Source: Setoptus koraiensis
Lineage: Eukaryota > Animalia > Arthropoda
Length of the DNA: 64,000 nt
Assembly (NCBI GenBank): GCA_048013815.1
Contig: CM106585.1
Location: 9,672,001-9,736,000 of the forward strand
Direction: 5' to 3'
This document shows, piece by piece, positions 24,336-38,525 of the stretch. Position 1 is the first letter of the stretch. Every line of letters starts with the position of its first letter. A model generated the notes under the pieces. That model was not told where the DNA came from. It saw only the letters and a program-made list of their open reading frames with translations, and made no database searches. A program made the translations under genes and the position numbers.

Positions 24336-25040
24336 GTAAGAGTTAATTAGGTTTGAGTGCATCGTGCAAGCCCAGTTATAAATAGCATTTGCACTGTTTG
24401 TTCAAGCCTTCGCACAAGCCGATCAGCTCTGGGCCCCTAATTAGGCGTCGCTGTAGCCACGCCGGCCGCGCATAATACCAACAATAACAATAATAATAAT
24501 AGCAACCATAACAATAATAATAGGCGGCGCAAGAGGCGCAAATAGCGCGCCAGAGCGCCAATTGTTTTGTGGCCGCCTATGGTCGCGGGCAAACAAATCA
24601 CTCAGCTCGGTTTTATACAGTCCGTTTTGGGCCGCCCCACTGGTCAAGTGGCTAATGGGGCACTTGACCAATCGGGCCCCAACGCTGCAAACAGCGCCAG
24701 ACTAAATGCAGTTGGTCTTAATTAGGCGGCACAGCCCGTCGCGCCTCACCTGTCCCGTGAGTGCGCCGGCCGGCCGGCCGGCCGACTTGTCTTTAATCCG
24801 TTTAGAATGGGGCCCGCAGACTTGGGGCCAGCCCAGTGCGTTTGTTATTTCGAGCGGCGTGCACGGGCAACATTGAGGGCGCCGGCTCTCGTCTTACTGC
24901 CGCCAGCCAGCAGCAAGACGAGAGCATCGCACTAATGGAACTGCACTTTGGCCGGCCGGCCGGCCCGCTCGGCCAAATTGGCCAATTTGGCCTGTCCGGT
25001 TCGGGCCAATCCGGCCAAAGCGGACAGACCAAACCGGCCA

Positions 25041-25129
25041 AAGCGGACGGATAAATGCAGCCGAAGCGGACGGGTAAAGGCGGCCGAAGCGGACGGATAA
25101 ATGCGGCCGAAGCGGACGGGTAAAGGCGG
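25041..25129 (+). repeat. 23-bp tandem repeat in A-B-A-B higher-order arrangement
   Basis: aagcggacggataaatgc(a/g)gccg alternates with aagcggacgggtaaaggcggccg. Confidence 0.9.
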
Positions 25130-26815
25130 CGTCGCATGTGTGCGTGTGGCCCAAACCGAGAGATACACCGAGAGTGCATGCTCGATGGCAGCTGCCACCG
25201 GGCCCAATTGGGCTCAATTGGGCCCAATCGGCCCGATCGGCCCAACGGGCCCCAGCGGGCGAAGCCTCCGCACCAGTGGAGCCAGTGGCCGGCTAAAAAT
25301 AAATGGCGCCAATGTTGATATAGTGGCCAGTTGATATAGCGCCTGTCGCGTGTGCGTCATAGCATTCATGCAACTCCAATTGGCCGGCCATCTAAAATGA
25401 CCACTGGTCATCGGGCCGCTGGCCGTCTCAAGCAAGTTATAAATCTATTCTGTGTGTGCCACAGAATTGAATCTGAATGATGATGGAAGCGGCGCTCCGT
25501 CGCCATTATTGGCGCCGCCATCGATCGATTGCGCAATATATTTGGTTGGTGGCGCCACCATATAGCACACACGCATTACGCAATACACATGACGCATTAC
25601 GCAATACACATGAAGCATTACGCATTACGCAACCAGTAGTCAGTGGCCGGTCAGTGGCAAGTGGGCGCATTGCGTAACCGGCGCCGCACACATTACGTAA
25701 CGAGCCGTGTCTCAATCACGCCAATTCAATGGCGGGCCAGCCGGCCGGCCCGACGGGCGCACCGACAGACAGTTATACATATGAAGCCTATATGACGCAA
25801 CTATCGTAGTCTGTCTAGTCGGCGCGCAGACGGCAAAATGCGCCAGTCTGACACATATGCAAATAAGCTGACACGCGGGCCCCGCTGAAACAAAGATAAA
25901 ATATGTGCGTCTGTGCGAATCTGTTTACACTTGCGGGCCGGCGCGCGGCCCGGCTGCCCGACGTCGGCCGACGAGCCCGGCGGCCGGCAGCCGGTGCCGG
26001 CTCGACGCTCGACGACTCGTCAATGTCATTGGCGAGCCCAGACGCTCGCCGACGAGCGGCATCGGGCGCGCCGAGCAGCGTCGGGCCGGACGGCGCAGCC
26101 CTGTTTTCGGGTCGCCGCATAATCTGTTCCGACTGGCCGCTCGGAACAGATTATGCGGTGGCGCCACGTCGACAAGCGAGCGCATTATTCGGGTGATTAT
26201 GCGGTTATCATCTTGATAGACTCGACCATTTGTGTCGAGCCCTCTGTGCACAGTGCAACGGGAGAGAGCAATGTGATGCAATTATTGATTATCTAACCTT
26301 GTTGTTACTGTTGCGCAATTTGCATTAGTTGCCACAATCATCAATGGCTAACGACAATCTTATCTGCTGTTTGTTTGTTTGCACAACGGGGGCTGGCTGT
26401 GTTTGTTTTGTTTGTCAATGCCATTCACGGCTCATAAAGCGTCCCCACAAAGTCTCTATATAAAATAATGGGGGCCAGGGGGCGCCGTGGCAAGTAGCTG
26501 CTCATGAGTGGCGCTCGCCGGGTGCAACTCTTTTAATCTATTCCATTCAATTCGTCGTCGGGATCAACGGGATAAACGGGATTTCGGCGCCGTTGATTGG
26601 GCGCGCAGCCAACCGATCCGCCAACGTTATACCGATCGGCCAACTATGCCGATGCTCGCACTGCCACTCATGCCCGCCGACCCAACCAAGAGTGAAAGTT
26701 GGCCCCAATTCTGGATTTAGTCGGTTTAGTCAGTTGACTGCTGCGCCCATTGGCGGTCTCGATGGCGGCGACGGCGGCCATTATATTATATATTTATATT
26801 GTTGTCGCTGATTGA

Positions 26816-27010
<195 letters not shown>

Positions 27011-27042
27011 TAAAAATTGCCGATAAAATTTCAGCGCACTTG

Positions 27043-27104
27043 GCTGCCGAGCTAAAAAAGGCTGCCGAGCTAAAAAAGCCGCCGAGCTAAAAAAGCCGCC
27101 GAGC
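27043..27104 (+). repeat. 17-18 bp tandem repeat (GCYGCCGAGCTAAAAAAG), about 3.5 copies
   Basis: Read directly. Confidence 0.9.
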
Positions 27105-30100
27105 GGCCCCGTTGCCGGGGCAATCTGACCGCCATTTCCATAACTACCAATTTGGTGTAGTTATAGCAACAATTCAATTAACGTCTTGCCGCTATTTATC
27201 TTGGTTGGCGTTTGGCCGGCGCGCAAGCACACATTGAGATATATGACTCGCCATTGTATCACACAGACTCGCTATTGTATCATACAGAGAGCACATATTA
27301 TACATATTAACACGTGAAAAGTATGAAAAGTAGATTAACACAAGTGAGGCCCCTCGAATAATGCGCCCCCTAACACACATATCACTGATATAATATCGGG
27401 CGAATGACCCGCGATAATCCGCCCGCGCTTAACGCTGCCAACAAACTGCCTGCAAACAACAACATCGAGTCGCTCTTTGTTCTTGCCATTCGCCGGGCAC
27501 AGTCGGCCCCACTGACGTAATAACGAAACTCGCAGATCTACTCCAAAAATGCACACTGGCTTCGCACTGGCTTGCCTCGGGGGGCGCAAACACTCTCGAG
27601 CCGCTCGAGTCGAGCGGTCCAAGTGTTCCCAGGGATAATGCGCTCGAAAATCTGCCCACTCCATAATTATATCACTTATAAATTTAGGCTTTATAAACAT
27701 GGTTGCAATATTAAAAACTGGCAGCCATTCGGAGCCGTTCGGGCCGGTCGAAGCCGTTCTAAGCCGCTCGGAGCCGCTCGGAGCCGGTCGGGCCGGTCGG
27801 AGCCATGCGGAGCGGGCTTAACTTCGGCCATTTATTTTCTGTGTGTGCTCGCAGTCGACCAACGCCGAGTCATCAAAACGTCGAAATCTATTGTCGAGCC
27901 TCTTGAGCCCGTGCACCCTGCCACTGGGTATTTTGGCGCCTTTTTATGCAGATACAAGCGCACGTAATGGGCCGTCCGTGCTGGCTGCCAGCAACATTAA
28001 AATAGCAAACAGTCTGGCGAGTTGCCAAAGTGTTGCTGTTAATATTATTTATAAAGTCGCCCGATTAAACGCCGATAAAATGGGCCCCTTCGGCACGCGA
28101 ACGAGCATCGCCGCCGACATATGCGGATATGCGGCCAGATTTGGTGGCATTGGGTCCAATTCGATTTAGCAGGGCCGGCGCGGCGCGGAAGCGCCCAAAA
28201 CTATGGGGCCAACAGCTCGCAAGAGACTGTGCCGCGAAAAGACTTTGCCGCGACAGGCCGGTCGGGCAAGGCGGCTCGCTGGGGCCAAGTGTTCGAGAAT
28301 GAGCGCCGGCAATTATCGCATCGGCGGGGCGCAGATTTAGTTTTGTTTCAACTTGTGTGTGTCTCTCGCAACAACAGCGGCAAAGTGGCGCCATTTCGTG
28401 GGACGCGTCCCGCAATTGCAGCGACTCACAATGGTCGTGTGTTGTCTCATTGAATTTTCAGCGGAATTGCACGAGCGCGCTAGGTGCACGTATGCCATCG
28501 TGCACGGGCCATTAGGGCCCGAACAGAAGCCGAGGCGCCCGCCGAGACGCAAGCAGAAGCGCCCGCCGAGACGCAGGCCCAAGCGCCAGCCGAAACAGGA
28601 TAACGGCAGCGACTACTGCGCTCTAAATCCGCTCTGCTCTAAATTCCGGCTGGCCCCACTTCCGGATTCTTCGATCTTTCTTTTGTGGCGCATTCGTGCC
28701 TGGCTTGTGTCGTGTCGTGTGTGTGTGTGTGTGCCGTTGAGACAGTTGGCGTCTTGTGTCTCTCACATCAACAGAGGCGCTGTTCGCGATAAGAAGCGGC
28801 CAGAGGTAAGCACGCGCCGGGGCCGAATTGATGCGCGTGCATTAGCCAGCTTGTGTAAATTAGAGAATTAGATTATGTAATAACAGGCAGTTTGTGTGTG
28901 TGCAAGTTGCGCTCGACGGGCGCAGTTCGCGAGGGGCCCGGCCCGAGCCAGTCGCATAACCCTGTCACATTTTGCAGGCGCCCGCAACAACTGACACTAA
29001 CGCATTGTGTCTATGGCGCTGGCTGTAATTAATGGGGCCCTTAAATCTTGCAACAAGCACGCGCACTCTTTTATCGGTCGGCCGGTACATAATGCGCTGA
29101 TAATGCGCTGACACAAACAACTCAATCAAGCCAAAATCAAATTATCAATTAAATAACATCTGGCGACAAATTTGTCACCAGTCACCATGCCGCCAATCAG
29201 CGCCTCTATTTGTCGTTGTCGTGTGCTTGCTCGGAGCGCCCCCTTGTCCCGTTTACATGCCGTGCTGTTTACAGGGCCCCCCAACAGGCGGCCGAAAATT
29301 GTTTTCAGAAATTTTCACTGAGTTTGTCACTGTGCCATTCAAAAACTTGCCAACTGTCGCAATGTGTGTCACAAAACAGTTAACATGCTAACTGGTGCCT
29401 CCCTAAATCGCTTATTCACACATATTTCATGTCTGGCCGGGCGAAAACTCCGAAAATGCGTGTGCGAGCAATTCAAATTAAATCAAATCAGATGAGCCGT
29501 TTAATTTGATTTCATTTCCATTTTTTTTTTTTTTTTGACTTCGAAATACCCAATTCAGTGGTTTTTTCTCGTCGTTCTACCGCAATTTCTATTTTAATCT
29601 CACTACGGGTGAGAAAATGATGGAAACGAATGATTTTCCACAGTGAACACGTTGTTTTAGAGACAGATAGTGTTAGCAAATCCCAAAACACTTGCGAAAT
29701 GTATTCTGGTATCAGTAGCGACGACAGAATCGGCCAGTGACCGAAATAGATCAATAGCCGAAATTTTTTCGGTGATGCCAAATCTCCGAAATCTCGTATT
29801 TGAGACGGATATGTCTTTGGAGCCCCGTTTTTCCACCAGAAACGCCGAGTTTCGACATTTCCAGTTTTAAGAATCGAGAATTAGGGTTGGTTTTCATCGA
29901 TTTTCCCACAGCAAGTTCCAACGGGATGCCGAGTGAGTGAATTTTTGTGAGTTGGGGACGAGTGCCTTCTCCCATGGTCGATAATCGTGACCGGAAAAAA
30001 CCGAAAAATTCCACCTTTTGGTTTCAAAAAAAAACCGAATGTGAGTAGCTTCGAGCGCCGATTCCGTTGTGCCTGCCGATGGATAAAACGAGTCACCCAA

Positions 30101-33100
30101 TGGCTCAGGGTCACAGTGAAGCCAACTAAGGGCCGCGATCCGGCCATGAGTCGCGTCGCGGATTGAATGGCCAATGTGCGACGATGTCGTTAATTATACC
30201 TGGCCTCAATTAATAGCGAGACGACCTACGAATTTCAACGGAAAATCCATTCGCTTTTTTTTCTCTTCCATTTGGCCTAAACAGTCTAGACTGTGGCGAG
30301 AACGCTCGAAACTCCCTCTTTCGGACACTTTGTTCCGTGAAAGAGACGGTTAAACGGGGCTGAGGGTGGCACAAATTCGTCCAGCGTTTCTGCCCGAACA
30401 CTGCGCCTCATATTGCACAGCAGCCTCATCGAAAATGATGATGAATTCGAGCTTAGCACACGCCGAATGGGCATTAGTGGCACAAGCGATCCTCTGGCAA
30501 TGCTAGTGACCTTCATGCGTGATTAAAAGGGGGCCCCCGATTTGTGTCGCGCGAATGCAAAGTAGCGACAGTGTGGGGCCCCGATTGGCCTCGATGCACG
30601 TGACCAGCGCGAACGACAAATGAGAGCCGATAAGCCATGGCATTATCATATATCGCGCCCGACTATTTCATTAGGGTCTGATTACATATTGATTATACCA
30701 CATTACTGATCGCATGCCCGTCATGTGGTTGCTGCCATCACACTGTGTTTGTTTTCATCGACATTTCATCATTATTAGCTCGGGCAACGATGCAATGAAT
30801 AGCAAACAATGCTGCCAATGATACCCCAATGCGCGCCCTTATCAATCGGCGCTAATCGAGAGATGATTGATTTTCCAATTCGTGCCAATCGTCCTCCACC
30901 TAGCGGACGGACCACACACACACAACCTGAGCAAAAAGATAATCTCGCTGCACGCAACCGCCCAACGGACGCAATGAATGATGATGAAATGAGTATTGGC
31001 TTGACACAATGACGCATAGCGCCAGATTATATTTTACTTTCTCGTTCTTTTTTTCGCCGCGAGAGAGAGAGGGAGACTTTTTCCGGCGGTCACCGAAAAT
31101 TGTTATCCGCTCTCTACAATTGCCGTTGTGCGTCAAATTAGTAAAATGCGGCCGCATCGAGCAAAGTCGGGCGGGGCGACTATATCGCGCGTTGTGGCGA
31201 TCATGTTTCTCTTTCAGTCTGACAGATGGTGCCACAGCCAAAGGTAGCAAACGTGGGGCCGCCCACAGATGGCGCCACAGGGCCCATATTTTTGCACGCA
31301 CCACCTCTGTACCGATGTTATATGCCGATCAAACCGTTGCAGCGATAATATCGCTATGCCGACGACAACACCCAGACGTGGCTCGTCGATGCACCAGTTG
31401 GCAAGCTCGTGTTGGGTGCAAGTTACGTGCAGAACGACGCGTGTATGATGTGAGTACCTGCGCTACCGCGCAATACGTGCAATATGAGACTAACGGGTGA
31501 GACGGGGATTTATTTACAAGTTGCACATTATATGAGCCGGATAATGAGCGGCGGTGTGTGGGGCGCGTGACACGAAATCACAATTGACGCAGGCCGAAAT
31601 TGGATATCGAGCTGGCGCCGGTTAACGAGTCGAGTGCGACGACGTTGATGAGGAGCTGTTGCAGGCGATTAATTATTAATTACAGATGTATGGAGGCGCG
31701 AAAATCACAGCAAAACAAAAGAAAAGCAAACAAAACAAACAAAAATGGGCCCGCCAAGAGACGTTGCGTGGGCGCCGCTTAGCGGGCTCAATTGGCAACC
31801 CGCCAGGGATTAGTTTTTTGTGCAACAATGTTGTAACGGGCGAACAATGACACGAGCTGGCCGTTACAGCAGCCAGCTGATCTGACATGACGCAATGACA
31901 TGACAATGGCCGAAATTACGGGTGATATATATATACGATGTGATGGTGTTGCGCAACGGTTTGTATGTGGTTAAGTTGTCAGTTGTTGTTGTTGTTGTAA
32001 CTAACGGTTGTACAGTTACAAAGTTGTACAGTTCGTACAGTCGTCAGTATCGATGTCAATGTTGGCCCGAAACTGTGCAAACTCGACACAGTGCCACCAC
32101 AAGCGAGAAAAATGAGATCTCGGTCTTGCAACAAAGGGGGCGCTCTTATCGCCTAGACAATCCGCTAGCCCACAATTGGGGCCGGCCTAATTGTTATTCC
32201 TACTATGGCGGCCGGGTTACCTAGCACCGCAGCCAAGACACAACAAGAGAGAGTGTCGAAAACGCTTTGGGCGCCAGTGGACATTATGGGACATTAGGCG
32301 ACATATAGTGCCATTTGTGTCACCATGCTAGGGTCAGTGTCGCGACCGCTTGCCAGTGGCCGGGCCCCGGTCGCCAGTGGCGAACAAAGCGCACAAAGCT
32401 GTCACACGTTTGGCAAGCTCGCTGGCAAGCTAGCGTCGCTGGCAATAATTTGTTGTCAAATGGCCTTGACGCTGGCACACAAACCGTTGTGACAATGGCG
32501 AAATAATACTCTCGCTCGCCCTCGTCGGGCCTATTAATACAGTGACCGAGATGCGTCCACTAAATAGAATTGAGGCCGCGCGTTGCGCGATAAATAAAGA
32601 ACGCGCCCTCTGTGTCAAACAATTTTCTGCCCGCGCGTTTGTGTCTTATGCAACAGCCCGAGCAATAATAGAAAGTGAAGGCAGGCAGTTAAAATAACAA
32701 ACAAACAACGCTTTCGCCGTGATGATCGTCGTCGCCTCTCGGTCGTGATAGCCGAAATTCGCCGTTCGCGGTTCGCAGATCGCGGCTCGCAGATCGCGGT
32801 TCGAGGTTCGCAGTTCGCGAGCGGCAAAGAGATAAGCAACGAGACGACGACAACAATAACACTGACGCGACCGCCTCAATTATGCCTAATGCGTCTCGCG
32901 AAGCGGCCACCTAGCGGAGGGCGCCCTCTCACGTGGCTAGCCTTGGCTCGGGCGGCGATAAGGCGATAAGGCGATGCTGACTCGCCACAGTTGTTGGCAC
33001 TTTTTCGCGTCGCCCGCTAACTGTCGGATAATCGCGCAAGCGAACTGCCTCGGACAGCAACATTTGTTTGGCGCCGTCTGATGACGCCAGCAGAATTTTG

Positions 33101-36025
33101 GTAAAAATAGGGCTAAAAATTAGCCACAGGCTCGTATTCGTGACACCGAAGGGGTCACAATTTCTGACGCCCCTTTCTGGCTCGTCGCCGGCAGTCCGCT
33201 CAGCGGGGCCCGCGAGAGCACAGCCGAAAAAGGGCCGACAACCGCGTTCCGGATGGGGCCCATGCACAGCGAGCGGCTTTTATTGCGTGTTTATTGCACA
33301 GATTGTTGGCCAGTGGGATTTTTCGCATTTTTGCGCGGCGCTTGTGTCGCCAATATTTGCACTCGATGCGCTTTTCGTGGTGCGTGCCAAAGCCCGCAAA
33401 ATGCACCTACGATACCGAGAATGCTGAGGCGCCCCCCAAATTTATCGCCAATAACGACTGACCGTTTGCAGTGCCCGTGGCCAGTGGCGTAGCCGGCCCA
33501 AAGGTAGGTGTAAAGTGGCCGACAATCGTTTCGTCCGGCCGATCAATTTGCTATTTTGGGCGACCAGAGTGTTGGGCAGCCCGAATATATTGGACCGAGT
33601 GGCCTGGGAAGGGGCGCACCAAGGGCGCCACTGGCAGCGCCTATAGGCGGCCAATGTCGGAAAACGACAAGCCGCAAACACGGGGCGCGAGCAAGAACAA
33701 AGCGCCACAACGGGCCGGCGACACCGCGTTTTGTGGCAGCCAACACACACCACAAACAACAATATCAACATGGCACGTCCCGTTGTGTTTGCACTGGTCC
33801 ACTGCACCACTTGACCACTCAATCGTCCGCCAGGGCGGCCGCTGGCGGCTCCTGCGTGGGCCCCGTTCGAAGGCTTCGAGGCGCGCGCCGGGCTCCGTTT
33901 GGCCGTCTAGCCAGCGTTGCCGCTTTCTCGTCGGGCGCGCGTTAGCGCCAGCTCATCGGGCGTCACTGTCGGCCCGACAGTGGGCTCGCGGGGCCCGCTT
34001 CGAGCGGCCGCTTGTTGAGCTCGTGCCTGGCGAGCTAACTGCATCGGGGCCGGTGGCTGACGACTGGCCGAAATATACTAATGCGCGCTGTGGTGGGCGA
34101 GCTTCGCACGAGCGAGGGATTACGCCATCCCGAGGGCCATTGTCTCTTGTTTCGGCCGGCCGGGGGCTCTCGGCGTGGCCAGCGGACTAAGCGGCGAGCC
34201 CAGCAAGCCGACAACGAACAACGACCCAACAAGACGACGGCCGGCCAGAGATAATGATTGCGTTGTGTGCTTGTTTTAACAGTTGTTTTGAGTTTTGCAA
34301 ACGTGCCACGGGCCGACAGCGCCGTCCAAATGGTCTGGCCAAAGCCGGTAACTTTCGCATTTCGCGTGGGCTCGTCGAGCGAAATTTTAATGGTTCGGGC
34401 CGGACGGGCGAGCGGACGGGAACTGGCTGAAGTGAGTCTGACTCACTGTGAGTGGCATAGTGGCGCCGCACAGAGATAATGAATAAGCCGCTCGAGGTAG
34501 CCAATCGCAATTCGGCGGCGCAATTGTCAGTGTTGGGCACCGAGTTGCGACGCTTGTCTAGTCATGTGGAGCTAGCTGGCCGGCTAGCTGCGCACGACAC
34601 GCAGTGGCATGCGTAAGCCGGCTGGCGAGGCCCCAAAATGCGCTCGTCGGACAACAACGGATAAAAGCTCGCAGTTTGAAAATTGCTGTCTTGGCGGCCG
34701 CCAAGACAGTGACTGGCTGGCAGTTCATCTGTTATTATCAGTTTATCTATTACGAGCGACTGGCGGCGGCCAGACCGACTGTCTGGCCGCCGCTGCCTCT
34801 GCACTACAGAGTCTGTAGCGGCAACGGGCAACCGCACCGACTTTTGGCCCGCCACTGGATCTAGATTGTCGGGCCGGCTGCTTGCGTCATGCAGATCGTA
34901 TCGTGCCCGTTGTGAGCTGCATTTCGGGCCGCATTTCGGGCCCCGTCTGGCGCTGTAATCTGGCAGTCGCAATCTCGATTGCACATTGCGCTGTCTGGCG
35001 TGTTTGCGCGCCCGATGCGGGCGCCTCGGCGCGCCGCTTGTTAGCCGGTTTATTTATGGAGATTGTTTGTTTCAAGACAAACAAGCGCGCGCAAGCGGAC
35101 ACAAACTGGCTCGCACTCCAAATGAACGGCATCATTATCGTTATTTTCGCATTGCCGGCCGCAAGTCGGCGACCGGAGCGCGACAATTACCACTCACGCG
35201 GGGCCAAGCCTTCCGGAAGTTGCAGCGGCACGGCCGGGGACGGGTGCAAGGCCAAACACAAACATCCCGTTCGTTGTGACTGGCAGCTCGTGCGGATTGA
35301 GAGTCGCAGGCTGCATAGGCGCCAATGCTCGTCGTTGCGTCGGCCAGTTGCGTAATAGTGTTCGCTGTCGTCGGCTATCTCGGGCCGGCCATCTCCCGAT
35401 GCGGCAACACGATTACGCAACGCATGCGAGCCAGCCAGCCGAAATCACTTGAGTATAAAGCACGCCGGCAGCGCCCCTGTCCGTCGCACGACAAATGTCA
35501 ATCGCAACACACACCAAACCCGTGCAATATCCCAGCAATATCGCAGCGCGTCGCCCCAATATCATATATATTCAGCCAATTTCCGTGGCGCCTCAAGTGA
35601 GATTAGTGGCTGGCAGGCAGGCCGGCAAATCTACGCTTTGTCGCTGTATCTGATTAAATTGATTAAGGCGCCCTGCGCGCATACTGGCGGCCAGTGGCGG
35701 CATCGCGCTGGCGAGCTAATTCATTTTTGCCCATTTTTCGTTATTCGTTGTAACACAGTTCGGCTGGCTAGTGCGCGTCACAGACACAATAGAAATAGAC
35801 ACAATGCAAGCGACACACGGGGGCCCCGCCTCGACTCACTTATCCGGGCCGAAATGGCTGGCGGCGGCGGCGGCGCCGGCCACCAAGTGAGCGATTGCAC
35901 AAACCTGTCACACTCGTCAGAATAATCCGACGGACGCACCAGGGCGACATCTAGGGACGGATCTATTTTTGCGCGTGCTTGCGCGTGCTTGTGCGCCGAT
36001 TCTTGTGTGCATTTTTGCGTGCGTT

Positions 36026-36135
36026 CCTATTCCAACAGTGTTGTCGTATTCCGACAGTGTTGTCCTATTCCGACAGTGTTGTCCTATTCCGACAGTGTTG
36101 TCCTATTCCAACAGCGTTGTCGTGTTCCAACAGTG
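36026..36135 (+). repeat. 19-bp tandem repeat (TATTCCGACAGTGTTGTCC), about 5 copies
   Basis: Read directly. Confidence 0.9.
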
Positions 36136-38396
36136 TGTGTGTGACGTAACGATCGCCAATGGCGCGCCGTGAACGAGAGCAAAGCCATTAGAAACGGCGA
36201 TCAAATTGACAGTATCCAGCAAATGACAACTGACTTGACATTTATGCTCTCGCGGTGCGTGTTTTTCACATCGCATGCCGTCGTCGTCATTGTCGTGGCT
36301 CGTGTCTTCGCTCGCCTTGTGTAACAACAATGATAATAATCTTGTATTTGTTGACAGGCATCTATTGCCCCGAAGGCAGCCGGCCCGGCCTGGCGCGGCC
36401 CGGCCCGACATTGGACAACTCGACAGCGGTGCGTGCCGTGTGACGCTGCCCGTCGCTATAAGAGTGTGCAAGTTACAGCTCGAGCAGGTACTCGGCACGA
36501 GAGCGGCCCCAATAATTCAGTTGTGCTATCTATTCCGGCCCATCTCCCATCTCCCTTGGCTGGGCGCACTGTTGTGTGGCCAGCGAGTGGGCATTTGCAT
36601 CATGGGATCATCATCACATACATGTGTACTGTATTTGGCGACGTTTTGCGCCACAAAATTGCCCGCTAGCCTTGAGATATTTGCCTACACATACTTACAT
36701 CTAGTGGGAGCGGGCTCCACTAGGGGCGCCCTCAAAGGCGCTCTCAAAGGCGCTCTCAATAAGCGCATCAACGGCCCTCAGACTCTGAGGCTCAGAGTGC
36801 CTATAGGAAGATCAGGGAGAGAAAAGAATCAATTTGAGCAAAAAGTAACCATGTTACCGCTGCATGTCGTTGGCTATTATTTGATATTCGAGACGACGCG
36901 ACGTCTCGTGGCGAAGCGAATGAAAAACGCGCGGCCTTGAGAAGTCGCTCTTGAGAGGGCACACACACACACTCGGAATTTCGAGAAGAAGAAGAAGTCG
37001 TTTCGCGACGATAGTTATCAGACTGGGCGAGGGCATGGAAATAATAATTACCTGACGCACGCGCGCGTATCTCGCCACGAATCGGCTCAACCTCGAGAAC
37101 GGATATTGCGACCAGTTTGGCGGCAAGCACGCGAACGCTGTTGCGATTTGCCAATGTTGGCTCGAATCAATTTCGTCAAGTATCGAGCACTGGCCATCGA
37201 GATCGTGGGCGGCCAGCCAGTTTTGATGGAGTCGCAAACAACCGATGCAACTCGCAACAACGACGCTATATTCACGCGTGAATACCCGCGCCGACAAGTT
37301 GGTTGTTTGCACGCTTGTCGGCAATTGATGTGCGGCAAACAATTCGTTGTGCACCGTCTTAGCTATCAGGTGATATCCACACGTGAATAGAGCCAAGCAT
37401 AAATTATAACATATAGCATGAACGCTGGGCTTAAGTTGTATTTGGGGCCCAAACGACCACGACCACGACGACGATAAATCGACGCCTGTCTCATGAACAC
37501 ACAACCGCCAGCCCAGATACATGCCAGGCCACTTTGCATAACTGTCTTGGCGCAATTGTCTTGCTGCGTCGGGCACAAAATGTCGCGCTGCTTAATGGAG
37601 ACCAATGGCAGCCATTGGCAAGATGTATTAGTTTGTTTGCCGGGCAGCATGCTCTAATTCGGGTCAACTCACAGCGGTTTTATAGCGGCCACTAATAGCC
37701 TATTGAGCGAGAGCGAGAGAGAGAGAGAGGCTCCTTTTGTATCCATTTGCATGGCTTCTTTGGGGGCCGGCGGCGGATGGAGGCGACATTCGAAGCCTGC
37801 CATTTGCTGTGTCGCGCGATTGTTGTTATGGTCGCATATCCGCTGCTGTCGCTCGCGCCGAAGTGAATACTGTTCGAGCTATAAATAGACGCGTATGTTA
37901 TTTAAATTTAAGCTCGTGCAGTGGAGGAGAGCGTTCGCCTGTTATCATGGTTACGACTACATGAATTATTAGTTTTTTTTTCCACTAAATTCCAAGCGCG
38001 ACCGTTCAGACTGTTTACCTTTTAATGTTGTCTGAATGACTCGGACTCACCTGTGCGCGTATTTGCATTTGTGTGCGCGTGTCACACGCATAGAGTCATT
38101 TCGCGAACAATGTTGATTCAAATGAAAACGACTGTGCCCATCCTCTGTTATTAGCTCGAATTTTGGGGCCTCCGAATATCAGCCACGCACACTGGCAATA
38201 TTAGGGGCACTGAATTATGAAGCCAAATTATTATATAATTCATTTCGTCTTTGAGCGCCTCTGACTGGCGCTGCCCAAATCAAAGATTGTCTATCGCGCC
38301 GGCACAGGCCGACTGACAGACTTACAGACAGACAGACAGACGGCGGCGGCGGCAAGATTCGGTGCAGCTTCGGTTCTTTTGTGCTTCGCGTCGAGG

Positions 38397-38525
38397 AGGG
38401 GGCCCGAGAGCCGGATAGGAGCGCTCGAAAGCTGAAAAAGGGGCCCGAGAGCCGGATAATAGCGCCCGAAAGCCGAAAAAGGGGCCCGAGAGCCGGGTAA
38501 ACAGGCCCGGAAGCCTGGAAAGGGG
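38397..38525 (+). repeat. About 40-bp degenerate tandem repeat (GGGGCCCGAGAGCCGG core), 3 copies
   Basis: Core recurs three times with related flanks. Confidence 0.8.

Noticed and set aside
28517-28603. GAP-43-like EAPAETQ repeats as an extra exon
   Set aside because: The frame ends in TAA with no donor, the acceptor is weak, and the pattern is explained by a local tandem duplication
30077-30166. RWIKRVTQWL...KGRDP resembling the C-terminus of RTE-type reverse transcriptase
   Set aside because: The expected upstream WAGH motif is absent and the similarity is too short
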